From contig NC_087260.1 in assembly GCF_037042905.1 (NCBI RefSeq), forward strand, positions 7,750,001 through 7,814,000: a stretch of DNA of 64,000 nucleotides, in the 5' to 3' direction. The notes under the pieces were generated by a model. That model was not told the origin of the DNA. It saw nothing but the letters and a program-made list of their open reading frames with translations, and did not search any database. A program made the position numbers and the translations under genes. Source of the stretch: Lytechinus pictus (lineage: Eukaryota). Shown in pieces: positions 52,801-64,000 of the stretch; position 1 is the stretch's first letter; every line of letters starts with the position of its first letter.

Positions 52801-55800
52801 GAATATCTCCATCTACTAGAAATAAAATCAATATTTATGGATTGAAATTCTTAGTGTAATTTTGGATTCATTCTGATAATTTTATCCATTTTGGATTCAG
52901 TCTGATTAATTCATCCATTTTGAGATTCTCTGTATCTTTTGAAATCCAAATTAATTTTTTGGTGATGAAAATTCATGTCCTACATATAATGTTGGATTCA
53001 TACAAAATCAAAGATTAAATCAGTAGCTATTCAAAGATTGGATACATGATGGGTTTCAGCCAATCATTTGATCAGGATCCATACCATATCACCATTTGAT
53101 ACAAGTTATTAAGTGTAGCATCTTTCCACTCAATGGTAACTTTCCTTTACATAAAGCTGTTCGTAAATTAAAGCCGCCTACCATTGACAAATCATTTGGA
53201 AATCAAAGCCTATCTCAGAACATAGAAGGGATTCAAGTCTCCAACTAAGCTTACTTTTGCTATAAGGATTGTCTGTTCCAAGTGCCATGATTTTTGCCGT
53301 TTCAAATTTCAATGGTAACTTTCCTGGGGACCATTCATAAAGCTGTTTGTAAGTTAAAGCGGCCTACCATTGACAAATCATGGGAAAATCAAGGCCTATC
53401 TCAGAACAGAGAAGGGATTCAAATCTACCACTCGGCTCACTTTCACTATAAGGATATAGTCTGTTCCAAGTGCCATGATTATTGCCCTGTTTCAAATTTC
53501 AATGGTAACTTTCCTGGGGCCGTTTCATAAAGCTGTTTGTAAGTTACAGCAGCCTACCATTGACAAATCATGGGGAAATCAAGGCCTATCTTAGAACAGA
53601 GAAGGGATTCAACCTTCCACTCGGCTTACTTTCACTACAAGGATAGTCTGTTCTAAGTGCCATGATTTGTTGCCCTGTTTCAAATTTTGCTTGATGAGAA
53701 AACAGCTTATAATATGGAAGAGCAATTACAATGCCTGCTTCCAGACTGCGTGGGGGTGTAATGTAATAGACGCTGGCATGTCTGTGAGGTCTTATAGGAG
53801 AGCGATAGGTAGTAGACTAACCAACCAGAAGTAAACTGCATGTTTTCACTTTGATACATGTTACTTCACAGAGGATATTTGCTCTGGTTTGGCAATCAAG
53901 AGACCTGCTAAGGGACTAGGAATTGGGATTGTTGAAAAGTGCGACAACCCGAAGTAAATAACGATCAGGAGTTCGGTCAAATTTGTGCTGTCCATACTTT
54001 TATCCCATTGGTCCAATGGGCTCTCATGATGGACGGATTATATTATGCAAGTCAATTGGCCTTTCGCAAATTTCGTACTTATTTCCCCATGATTTGTCAA
54101 TGGTAGGCCCCTTTAAGAGTGACTTTAAGAACAACTGGTGATCCTTTCTCACGTGCTAAACCATCGCCAATGTCATTTGTCACAAATTAAGGATCACCAG
54201 TCGTTCTTCAAGTCGCTCTTAACTTACGAACGGCTTTATGAAACACCCAACCGATAACAATTCCCAACAGCCAATCAAAATCAAGGATTCCATGGAAGAT
54301 ACCATTTGATAGCAATTTTACATTAATAGTATACAAATAATGAATGTTTATGAGTGCAATGGACAGAATACACTGTACTTCATGAGGTGAGAGATGAAAT
54401 GATCCAATCAACTCAGCTATGCCTCGTTGAATGGATCATTATTTCATCTTTCACCTCATGAAGTATTCTGTCCATTGCACAAATGAAAAAACATTATTTG
54501 GTTTATATGACACCTAAAAATTGATTTTTTTTTTCATATGAAATTTATGAATTTCGATGCAAAACATGCTCGTGCAGTGCGAGTTCGGTCTGTTGATTGT
54601 TGCGTCATTACAACACGCGCACTGCTGGTGCTGCAGCAGTCTCGGTGTGCGCATGCATTGGACAAAATCATATGGATCCAAAATTGCATGGTTGATGTCA
54701 TCATTGCAAAATGGGCTGATTTAGGTATACTTATAATTAACTTACAGAATTCTGTTATCGTGGCTGTTATCCTTGTTATTTTTACATTTTCGTAACGACT
54801 ATTTCATTTATAAATTTAAATTCATTAATATTGATATTCTAAGTTAAGATGAAGTGATATCAAGTAGACCTATGTTATTCTATTATAATTGATCTTAAAC
54901 CTTTTTGTTCATACTCACTCTTTTATCCGCTGCCGTTTTATGTAAGCACCCACTGGATAGGGTCAAATGGTCTTTATTGACTACAGTAATTCAGTTAACT
55001 TTATTTGACCCTGGCAGTCCAGTGGGTGCTCAATCTATACTCTGTTATGTTTATTATGTGTTGTACTACACTGTACCAATTTTTTATACTTTTCATTGCC
55101 GAAATAAATAATAATAATAATGAATGATATCAAACAACCAATCAAATCACAAGGATCTATCTAGGTGTCATATAATACTACTACAGTATTCTTCTGATTC
55201 TTGGGACTACTAACCAATGGTTTGGAATCCAGACCATACTCCTGTTTTCCATTGAAGAGGTAAGGTGTGGCTTGTCCACTTAGTACAAGATTGATGAGTG
55301 AAAGACTGCATTGGTCTGTGTCCGTCCATAGATACTCTCCTTGAAGATCATCTTTGAGTCTTAAACGTTAAGAGAAAAGAACAAGTACGATATATATATT
55401 CTCCTTTGAGTGTAGTAAAAATTAAAGGCTTAAAATCACTTGTTCTACAAGCAGTTGGTCTAGTGATCTACATATGGGGCCCATCTTACAAAGAGTTGTG
55501 ATTGATCGGATCAATAGCAACTATGGAAAGCCAGCAAAGTCAACATATAAAATGCATGTTTGTTGAAAAAATAATCTAGATATGAATGTATATCCATGAA
55601 TTCATTGATTTCTTGACAATATGGTGTGTTCTCCTTTGTTTACAAAGGACATTTTGAAAATTTCCTGCAGAAAAAAATATGACACTGATGGATTTCCATA
55701 GAGTTACGATTGATTGGATCAACCATAACTCTTTGTAAGACGGGGCCATGGTCTTATACCTGAGGCCTGTCTTATGAAGAGTTGTGATTGATCCAATCAA

Positions 55801-58800
55801 TCGCAACTAAGGACGGCCAGCAATGTCAACATATCAACATGTCAAAATATTTTCTAGCTATGATGTATATTCATGCATTCATTGTTTTCTTGAAATTTCA
55901 CTGTGCTTCTCATTGTTTACAGAGGACATTGTGCAAGTTTTTCGTAGAAAGAAAAGAATAATGACACTGATGGATTTCCAAAGAGTTACGATTGATTGGA
56001 TCAATCGTAACTCTTTGTAAGACGGGGCCCAGAATACTACAGAATGACTACTCAATTGCCGGTATGCATGAATACAAAATATGTGCCAAATAATTTGGGT
56101 AGAAAATGGGTCAATGCCGAAAAATTTCCCAATAAATTTGGTATTCCACCTACATGTAGGGATTGGGAAATTTCAAAGTATTAATACACTGTCCCACTGA
56201 GCTTAATATCTGAGTTGGTTGTCTTCAGCGTGATCATATCTTAGCTCAGATAGCGTGATTGCACAGAATTAGGTGTATTCAAGGGAATGAGATCTACATT
56301 GGAAATTTACTATATAATCATGACATTTAACATTGATCCTAAAGACTTAAAAAAAAAAAAAAAAAAAAAAGACTGTATCTGACTTAAAGATACAGAGATT
56401 TAACTCATAAAACACAGTTCTTAATCTGGGGCCCGTTTCATAAAGGACTTGCAACTGTGTCATTATGGCAACTACCATGGTAACCTTGATTTTGATTGGC
56501 TGCTGAGCCTCATTGCCATGGTGGTTGCCATAATGGCAAAGTTACAACAGTTGTAACTCTTTATGAAACAGACCCCCTTACTTACTTGGAGATTCTTCTT
56601 GAAAGGATGAGACTGAGAAGGAACATTAGAGGGCCTCCTCCAACTTGGTCTTCAAACTGCATTAAAAAAATAAAAAAATACTAAACTGAAAAGAATGGCA
56701 ACATTTTATTGACAGAGGCTTATGTAAATAAACATCACAGTACGTGGGTACTCTCTGAGACAAGTCCTAACAATTTCTTTAGGTGATGTGGCACAGTGAA
56801 TAGATTCAAGACTTTGAACCACAAGGTGTCTAGTCTTATGTTGACAAGGCCTCATTACCTGGCTATGTAACGTAGTGGATGAAATGAAACTCGCAGCCAA
56901 AGACAGTTGGCAAGACCTGGGTGAACGCATGATCGAGGGACTTCAGTGGATGGCATATGTTCTCCCCGGTTTGAGCGATTAGTCTCTCTTTACTCGTCCC
57001 TCTGTTTCTGACATATCACATCGGACACAAGGCCTTGTCTAAAGGCTACTGGTTCCTGGATTCAAATCCCTGTGCAATAGTTAAAGCTTAGTCCCACTGC
57101 ACTTACGGATGTAAAACGGAAAAGAATCTTGCCACCCTTTAGAAAACGTCATGTATCCATTGTGCACTCTTTGCATACGTGTTCCATACGCTCTTTATCC
57201 ATCAAGCATCCATCCACAGTGATTTCATCGTTTGTCCATTTCATCCATTGTATGGAGTGAATGAAAACGAAAGGAGCCACCCCAAAATTTTGCTTGTCCG
57301 CTGTATCCGCTATGAATACATTTTGTGTCCGTCCGCTAGTGGGACCAGGCCTTAAAATGTTTATCATTTGGAAATCTCCAATCCCCTCTCCACCCAGGCA
57401 AAATGGAAACACTTGTTACATTGGCAGTTCTCATTTTCTTCTATGATCAGGCCGACAGTGTGAAGCATTTTTCCTACTTTTCTGTTTTTTTTTCATCTCT
57501 TGGGAGTGAAGAAGCTGAAGAATAGTGCCTTCTTACCCCCAGGCATTGCTGTTTTCAGGCTTGAAAACCTTAAAGAACCCTTCTCAAAACATGATCAACA
57601 TCCCACCTAAACACACCCAACATACTGCGTTTGTCACTGCCATCGGATCTATAGTACCTTCTCTTCCAAACCCAACATCAGTAACAAACCTCAGTCGAGT
57701 AGCATGTACAAATATGAAATATAGATTACATATTTTCCTATGAAGGAAAAAAAAATCATGTGATTCACTTAAAAAAGAGTTAAGTAAAATGTATACACTC
57801 ACCATTCCTAGTTTCTTGTCCAGCAATTTGTAAAGCTGCTTTTCACTAACACACTCTATCACTTTTATCTGGGGTGAAAAGGTGAGAAAGTATAAAAGTA
57901 TTTGTCCAAGATGTTTAAAGGACAAGTCCACCCCAACAAAAAGGTTCATTTGTGGGTGCGTCATGGTCTAGTGGTTCTGACTCTTGCCTTTGAAACAGAT
58001 GGCCGTGGGTTTGAATCATAGCCATGGCGTGTTTTCCTTCAGCAAGAAATTTATCCACACAGTGCTGCACTTGACCCAGGTGAGGTGTATGGGTACCCTG
58101 CAGGAGTAATTTCTTGCATGCACTGATGGTAGCTCGAGCTAAATCCAGGGTAATAATTATCAGCGCTTTGTATCCTCTGGCAAAAAGCGCTTTATAAATC
58201 CAGCTATTATTATTATTATTATTTGAATAAAAATCATTTAAAAATTCCAACATGCATAACACTAAAAATTTAAGCAAAATCAGATGTAAAATAAGAAAGT
58301 TATGACATTTTTAAAATTCACTTAATTTCACAAAACAGCTAAATGCACATCCTGGTCAGTATGGAAATGAGGGGACTGATGACGTCACCTATTTCACTAT
58401 TTCTTTTGTATTTTATAATATGAAATATTCTAAATTTCTCCTAATTGACCTGTGAAACAAAGTTTCATTCTTTCCTGATCATGTGGTATTAACTTTGTTT
58501 TAAAATTCTATGGTTTATTCTTAATGGTAAATCCGTAAAAATTAACATGATTAAAAAAATAAGGAAATTGTGAGGGACATCATCTCTCATTTGCATGTCA
58601 CTGAGCTGTGCATATAACTGTTTTGTGAGAAATAAGTGAAACTTTGAAATGACGTAACTTTCTAATTTTACATCCAATTTTGATGAAATTTTCAGCGTTA
58701 CGTTTGTTTGATTTTTCTCAATTGATTTTAATCAACATTTTTCTAGGTTCTCTAACAAACTTGTGGATGCCTTTACACAAAGCATAATAAAAGGCAGAAA

Positions 58801-61617
58801 TCGGTATTTGATCGACAAATCTGATGAACGTGGATCACAGATCCAAAATTGCCTTCAATAATTCAAACTATTAGTTTGTTATAACCCCCACCACTCCCTC
58901 CAACAAAAAAACAAAAATTAAAAAATATTGATGCAAAATTGTTAACATTGATTAAAACAAATCATTATTGATAGTAGTGAAATGTGCCTTAATCACGGTG
59001 CACTCACCTCCTGAATAAAATGCTCCAGTCTCTTTTGTTGTGAGTACAGCAAGGCAGCATACTTTGGATAGTGTAGAACAACAATAGCTTTCTTACATTC
59101 TCCTGCTCGCCATAGAATAGTAACTAGCGTGCTAATAAATTGCTTCCTCTGGGCATAAGCTGTAAGTGACTTGCGAACTTTAATCTGGCCTGTGGCTCTG
59201 AAAAACATGAGGAAAATATGTGTATGCATTCTACCTCCATGGTGTATGCAACATTAGTTTGGACATGTAGTTAAAAAAGATTTTTAAAATTTTTAGTGAG
59301 AGAATAAATTTTCACATTTCTAACAAATATCTCCAAAAAATTGCAAAAATAGGAATTATTTCTTATGTATTTTGTTGTTTTTGAAATTGTTTTTTAACCT
59401 TAGTTTGCTTTTTATTGTTTTTACCGATTAACTTTGTTGGGGTCCCTTTTGCAATACATGTAGCATGAAATAAATCCATTTAAACCAGCAAATTTAAAAA
59501 TAATCACATGTTTATGATTTTTGGTTGAAAAACACAATTTGCATTGACTTTGTACACGGAATCACATTTTTTTTGCAATTTTGGGTCTGACATGCACTTC
59601 TGAAATGTTGCGCAATTTCGGAACCGCGTACCTGGATGTTGTAAAATTTGGTCTCAAAAGATGTGCAAGACTTGAAAGTAAAAAGTCCGCGAGCGGTGCA
59701 GTAAAAAAAAATCGCGCAATGGCGTGGTGAAAAAATTTGTCAAGGGGAGGGGGTCAAATTGATTGACCCCCCTCCAGTTTAATAACGGTTTAATACATAA
59801 TTGAATACTGGCCCAGTATATAAATCTAGACACTCATTTACATGTACTTCAACATTTATTCAAGTTGACAAATTCAAAAATGGCTCTTAAAACTTACTTA
59901 TTCAAAATGTACCTCAATAGAACTCACCCACACATCTTTTTCATTCTTTATTACTGAAGCACATAGAGAAATATTAATGTGACATGCGCCTTATAAAAAC
60001 TGACTACATGTATTATTACTTTTATTACTTTCCTTTCCTCTGCTTCTCCCTCTCTTTCTTGTTCTCTCTCCCGGGGGGGCCATTTCCATTGACGAGTGGA
60101 TACCATGCGCGACCATGGGGTCTCGAAAAGCACCCTAAATACGTATTTTCCATATTCTGAAAATGCACCCCTTAACAAGTATTGGCGTCTGAAACCCTAC
60201 CCTTAACAAGTATTGGAAACAAAACGATACTCTTGGCAAGTATTCCCTAAAATGAACCCCTATACAAGTACAGCGATATTTTATTGTTTGTCACGGGTCC
60301 GTCGGTCGTCGGTTTTACCTTTAGTACCGCCCCACTTTCCACACCTCGCGCAAATCGGACTCTTAACACGTAGTGTTGGGGCAAAAAGGACATCCTTCAT
60401 AGAACATTTTAATTTTGTTTTATCATCCCCGCAAATTTGACCCTAAACACGTAGCTTTCCTAGCGAAATAGATACCCTTTTTTCATCATTTTTGTGTTTT
60501 TGACACCCTTATCACGTTACGTACGTAACATGCCCTATCTTGAAAAAAAAAAATCCTTTTTACGTGTTTTTTCGGTCGTGCATGGTATCCACTCGTCAAT
60601 GTAAGTGGCCCCCCGGGTCTCTCTCTCACCATAACGTCAAACCCCCGTTTGGAGAAAGACCGCAGTTCAGATTGCAAACTGCGGTTTTATACCCCATTTT
60701 ACGCTTGGAAATCCCAAAAATCATTTCCAAGCCCTGATCAACCCTGCTTGGCCAGATAATCCCCGCTGTCTCAATTTCACCTCCACAGGCCAGTATATGA
60801 GCGTTGAGCAAAGGACGAAATGATAAACAACAGCTGTGCTATTACGTAAGACTTCTCTGCCTGTAGTAGGACCTTCGGAATGAAATTATTGTATTCGATA
60901 TTTAATCATGTTTTCAAAGGCATATTGTATTCAGAAATCCAATGTTAGTCCATTTTCAATTTCGAACGAAGAAAATCGACCTCGAAATAAGGAAAGTAAG
61001 CGAATAAAAATGATGGCATGTTTTGCAGAGACCGCGCTCAGCGCTGCGCATGCATCCCATCATGTGTGGCCCCCTGCTGTGACTGTATATGCCGGGCTGT
61101 TGTGTTATCTTCGGACCGAGGTCAAGAAACAGGTGTTTTGATATCTAAATTGCTTGCTTGGGGGCAGTTAGGGTTTGTCGTACTTGGAGAAGAGAATTGA
61201 TGAAGAGGGAAACAGGGGTCTAGTGTTCTCAAATAGAGGTTTTCGTCTTGTTCAATCTACTCCTACATTAAAAGGAAATGTACATGTACCCACATGCTTT
61301 AGCTTTTTTTCCCCTCTTTCTCCATTTGTTTTAATCCTTATCTCCCCACTCCTCTCCTCTCCTTTTCTCTCTTCATTTTTTTTTCTCTTTTTTTTTCTTA
61401 TCAAAAACAGCACACTACTTTCCCAAATGCATTTCCTCTGCCTCTGTCTTTTCCTTTTCCCCTCTTCCTCTAATTCTTTCTCTATTAAAAAAAGGTACCA
61501 GAAAGTTTTGTATAATTGTTACCTAGCTGGATCCTGTGTAGACTGGTTGCCATCACCCTCTAGTATCTTTTGAATGAACTGTGCCTGAATAGCAATTAAT
61601 AGTCCTCTCGCTTTATC
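49342..61617 (-). CDS. MINDY4B: MINDY4B-like inactive ubiquitin carboxyl-terminal hydrolase (FAM188/MINDY family), last 9 coding exons (325 aa); 5' exons lie beyond the window
   Basis: Exons (minus): 61617-61523, 59197-59008, 57868-57803, 56656-56586, 55359-55215, 52673-52575, 51473-51293, 50331-50250, 49390-49342 (TGA); phases consistent. MINDY3/4-type motifs: DKARGLLIAIQ, ILWRAG..KAIVVL, LSLILSR, CSLSLINLVLSGQATPYLFNG, IGSMLKTPVFPVWV, FNLYFYTGQ...VRLTVD, C-terminal RWPGAHIDWNGTSPFF. Symbol rests on recalled similarity to vertebrate MINDY4B. Confidence 0.85.
49708..50245. repeat. (CAT)n microsatellite and N-run
   Basis: Directly visible. Confidence 0.9.
50739..51269. mobile_element. Non-autonomous DNA transposon with CCCGG(G)n termini
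   Basis: ~50-bp TIR gggggcagtcaaatatattgctgtacacatgcgtgaccaaa / tttggtcacacatgtgtagggcaatatatttgactgccccc. Confidence 0.8.
53130..53687 (+). repeat. Three tandem ~180-190-bp units
   Basis: Units start tcaatggtaactttcct at ~53130, 53309 and 53499. Confidence 0.9.
57919..58748. mobile_element. Kolobok-like element (family of 11325-11913) interrupted by a SINE at ~57952-58222
   Basis: TTAA|AGGACAAGTCCACCCC start and colinear body; the SINE has a TGGTCTAGTGG head, (ATT)n tail and short ATTTG duplication. Confidence 0.85.
60070..60617. mobile_element. Non-autonomous DNA transposon with CCCGGGGGG termini, inserted in (CT)n
   Basis: ~45-bp TIR ggccatttccattgacgagtggataccatgcgcgacc / ggtcgtgcatggtatccactcgtcaatgtaagtggcc; CpG-rich, so probably young. 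Confidence 0.8.
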
Positions 61618-61952
61618 CTGAAAGATTAAATGATAAATAGAGGATTAGCGAAAATGGTCACCTGGGTCAAGAGCAGCACAATGTGGATAAATTTCTTGCC
61701 ACAAATTCCAATAGGCCTTTCCACTCAATTGGGGTGTTTTACTCCATCCAATCACCAGAAATCTACTAATCAAATTTCATTTGCTGGACTACTAATGAGG
61801 TTAAGTATGAATCTAATCAGAAGAATAGATGTAACTCTAAAGCATAGATCTCATAAAGCTTTCGCACGAGATGGAAATTTACACCCAATCACAAGAACTT
61901 TGTTGGTTAAAATTAAACTAATAAACTATTTAAGTATGTCTCTACTAATTAT

Positions 61953-62221
61953 AATTTTTTTCTTTTTTTTCTTTTTATAATTCAGTTTTTATTGATGAAA
62001 TAATCATACAACAACAATCAAGAAAACAATTACATAGAATATCACACATAGCATTACAATGTAACAAAAAATGAATAAAAAAAAAGAAAAAGGAATAAAG
62101 GAGCGACATGAATTACATCATATAGAGATTCATAAAGATAACCATGAACATTCACAGCAAATTCCATTTGCGGAAATTAGTTAGTTTACCTTGCTTTTTG
62201 GCTATCCTATACTCTGTTTCT
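61953..62221 (-). mobile_element. 5'-truncated LINE (L1/Tx1-like) 3' end
   Basis: Minus frame RETEYRIAKKQGKLTNFRKWNLL* resembles an ORF2 C-terminus, followed by a UTR, AATAAA and A-rich tail; candidate TSD CTAATTAT at 61945-61952 and 62222-62229. Confidence 0.55.
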
Positions 62222-64000
62222 CTAATTATTGGGATCGATGCAACACTCATAATTAGACATGGATACAGTGTTCTTAATTAATTGCTTTAATGGTGGTCAG
62301 CATATCTGAAAGGATTATCTCCTGATAATTACTCTAATTATCTCTCTATAATCAAACTGTTTTGTACCCCACTCAATGTACATATTGGATGCTATAACAC
62401 ACCAAAAATGGTTTCACATTAGTTCTCTTCTTCAGCACTCCTACACTATGATACATTTATCTGCCAACCTACATGTACCATAAAACTAGGAATGAAATAA
62501 CATACACTGTGCACGGTATCAGGGTAAGATGAGAAAAATGTTCATATTATCAGTTTAAAGATTAAAAAAAACCGAATGAACTATTCCTAAAAAATCAAAA
62601 TCAGTCCATTCACTTCAAAGAACGTCTAACTCAGTGTCAGAGCAAAAAAAGAAAAGAAAAAGAAAACGAAATAAAAATGATCAGAGGGCGGAGGAGGGCA
62701 AAACAAAGAAAGGTGATTTTTAGAACATTTTTTTTTAAACAAACAAAAAAGTGAGAGAAGAGAAATTGACAGGAAGGGGGGGGGGGGTTATATCAAAATG
62801 AAAAGTAAAATAATGAGGGAAGGAGTAAAGACCAAATTAAGAAGGAATCATAAAGAAAAAAGGAGAAAGAAAAAGAAACAGACAATGATATCAAAAGGTA
62901 GTTGAAAAGAGAAAGTGAAATATAGTATAAGTTTAAAAAAGAAAAAGGGGAAAAGAGAGAAAGAGAAATACAGAGAGAAGAGAAAAAAATGAAAAGACAA
63001 AGAGAAATAGAATGAGAAGGGGAAAAAGGAGAAAAAAAATAGACAAAGAATAAAAGCAAATAGACAGAGGAATAATTAGAAATAAACAAACTTGATCATG
63101 CGCCACTGTTACCTATAGTAACAGGAACATGATAACAAACTACTCTGAAAGATGATTAAATATTCAAGTCTGCTACTTAATCAGGCTAATGGCAATGATG
63201 AAATGATGAAAAGTCATACTCTACCCTATAGGAAATTACTAATGGTATACTGTACACAATACAGTGTATACCTTCAGTAATGTCCTATAGAGTTTCTGGC
63301 CATGCATTTTTCAATTTACATCGACTCCGTTTTAAAACAAGGACCACAATATTCCGAAAGAATTTCATTCTGTTTTAGTGGAAACAGAACAATATTTAGC
63401 ATAATTTTCTTTGTGAATGCCATTGATGCAAATGATTCCATTCCTAGTTATAAATACCTAAATGATGATTTTTTTAAGGAGCGGGCACAGTGCAATATCC
63501 ATACTATTATGAATCTGCATAAAAAGTCTACTGGTACATGTACGTATGTGAATTCAATTCAGGTTATCAACAGATTAAAGATAAATACCAGTTTTGGTAA
63601 CGATCTCAAAATGAGTTCGAACAGAATCCAATAAAATTACCACCCAAGTATTTGTATGTATTCTGAATACAAATATGTGCCAAGTGGCTCTGGAAGAAAA
63701 TGTGTAATTGCTGAGAAATCAACAAAATGAGCTCGAAATTCCATCAAATGTCAGGTATCTTTCCAAACAATATTAATACATTGTCCCACATATGCTTTTC
63801 TGTGTTAGTGATCATCAGAATTATCTGTTTTGAGCTAAGATTTCATGATTTCCCAAAGATAAGTTTACTTTAATGTATCAGATCTAGATATATGATGATA
63901 TTTTGACAATTAACCTTGATTTTAAGAACTTTCTCATGTAATGACTGTCTGCTGCAACTAGCCCCACTGAAGATAAAAGTGAAATTAACAAATCAAAGTC

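Noticed and set aside
63113-63144. Next upstream MINDY exon (ctttcag|32 nt|gtaaca on minus)
   Set aside because: In the required phase it contains TAG stops and no MINDY motif; the true upstream exons appear to lie beyond 64000.

Overview
AT-rich, intron- and repeat-rich animal genomic DNA, not prokaryotic. The repeat landscape resembles an echinoderm, probably a sea urchin (inference). Four spliced protein genes can be assembled by hand with consistent splice sites and phases. (1) A minus-strand gene at the left edge (ATG 5337, runs off the window) that the ORF track nearly misses, encoding a signal peptide plus a divergent Cys-rich SUEL-like domain. (2) A complete plus-strand 748-aa TRIM-NHL E3 ligase (RING, 2 B-boxes, coiled coil, filamin, 6 NHL; 17861-24673) with one GC-AG intron. 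(3) A complete minus-strand 616-aa secreted type-B carboxylesterase with an intact Ser-Glu-His triad (39386-28378). (4) The 3' nine coding exons of a minus-strand MINDY4B-like pseudo-deubiquitinase with catalytic Cys and His both replaced by Arg (61617-49342). The rest is tRNA-derived SINEs, TTAA-flanked and 8-bp-TSD non-autonomous DNA transposons, MITEs, LINE tails, microsatellites and N-runs. The most unusual element is a duplicated ~290-bp intronic cassette carrying an internal, fully paired 72-nt tRNA cloverleaf with a UCA (UGA-reading) anticodon and its own T7 Pol III terminator. No database searches were run, so family calls rest on motif recognition.
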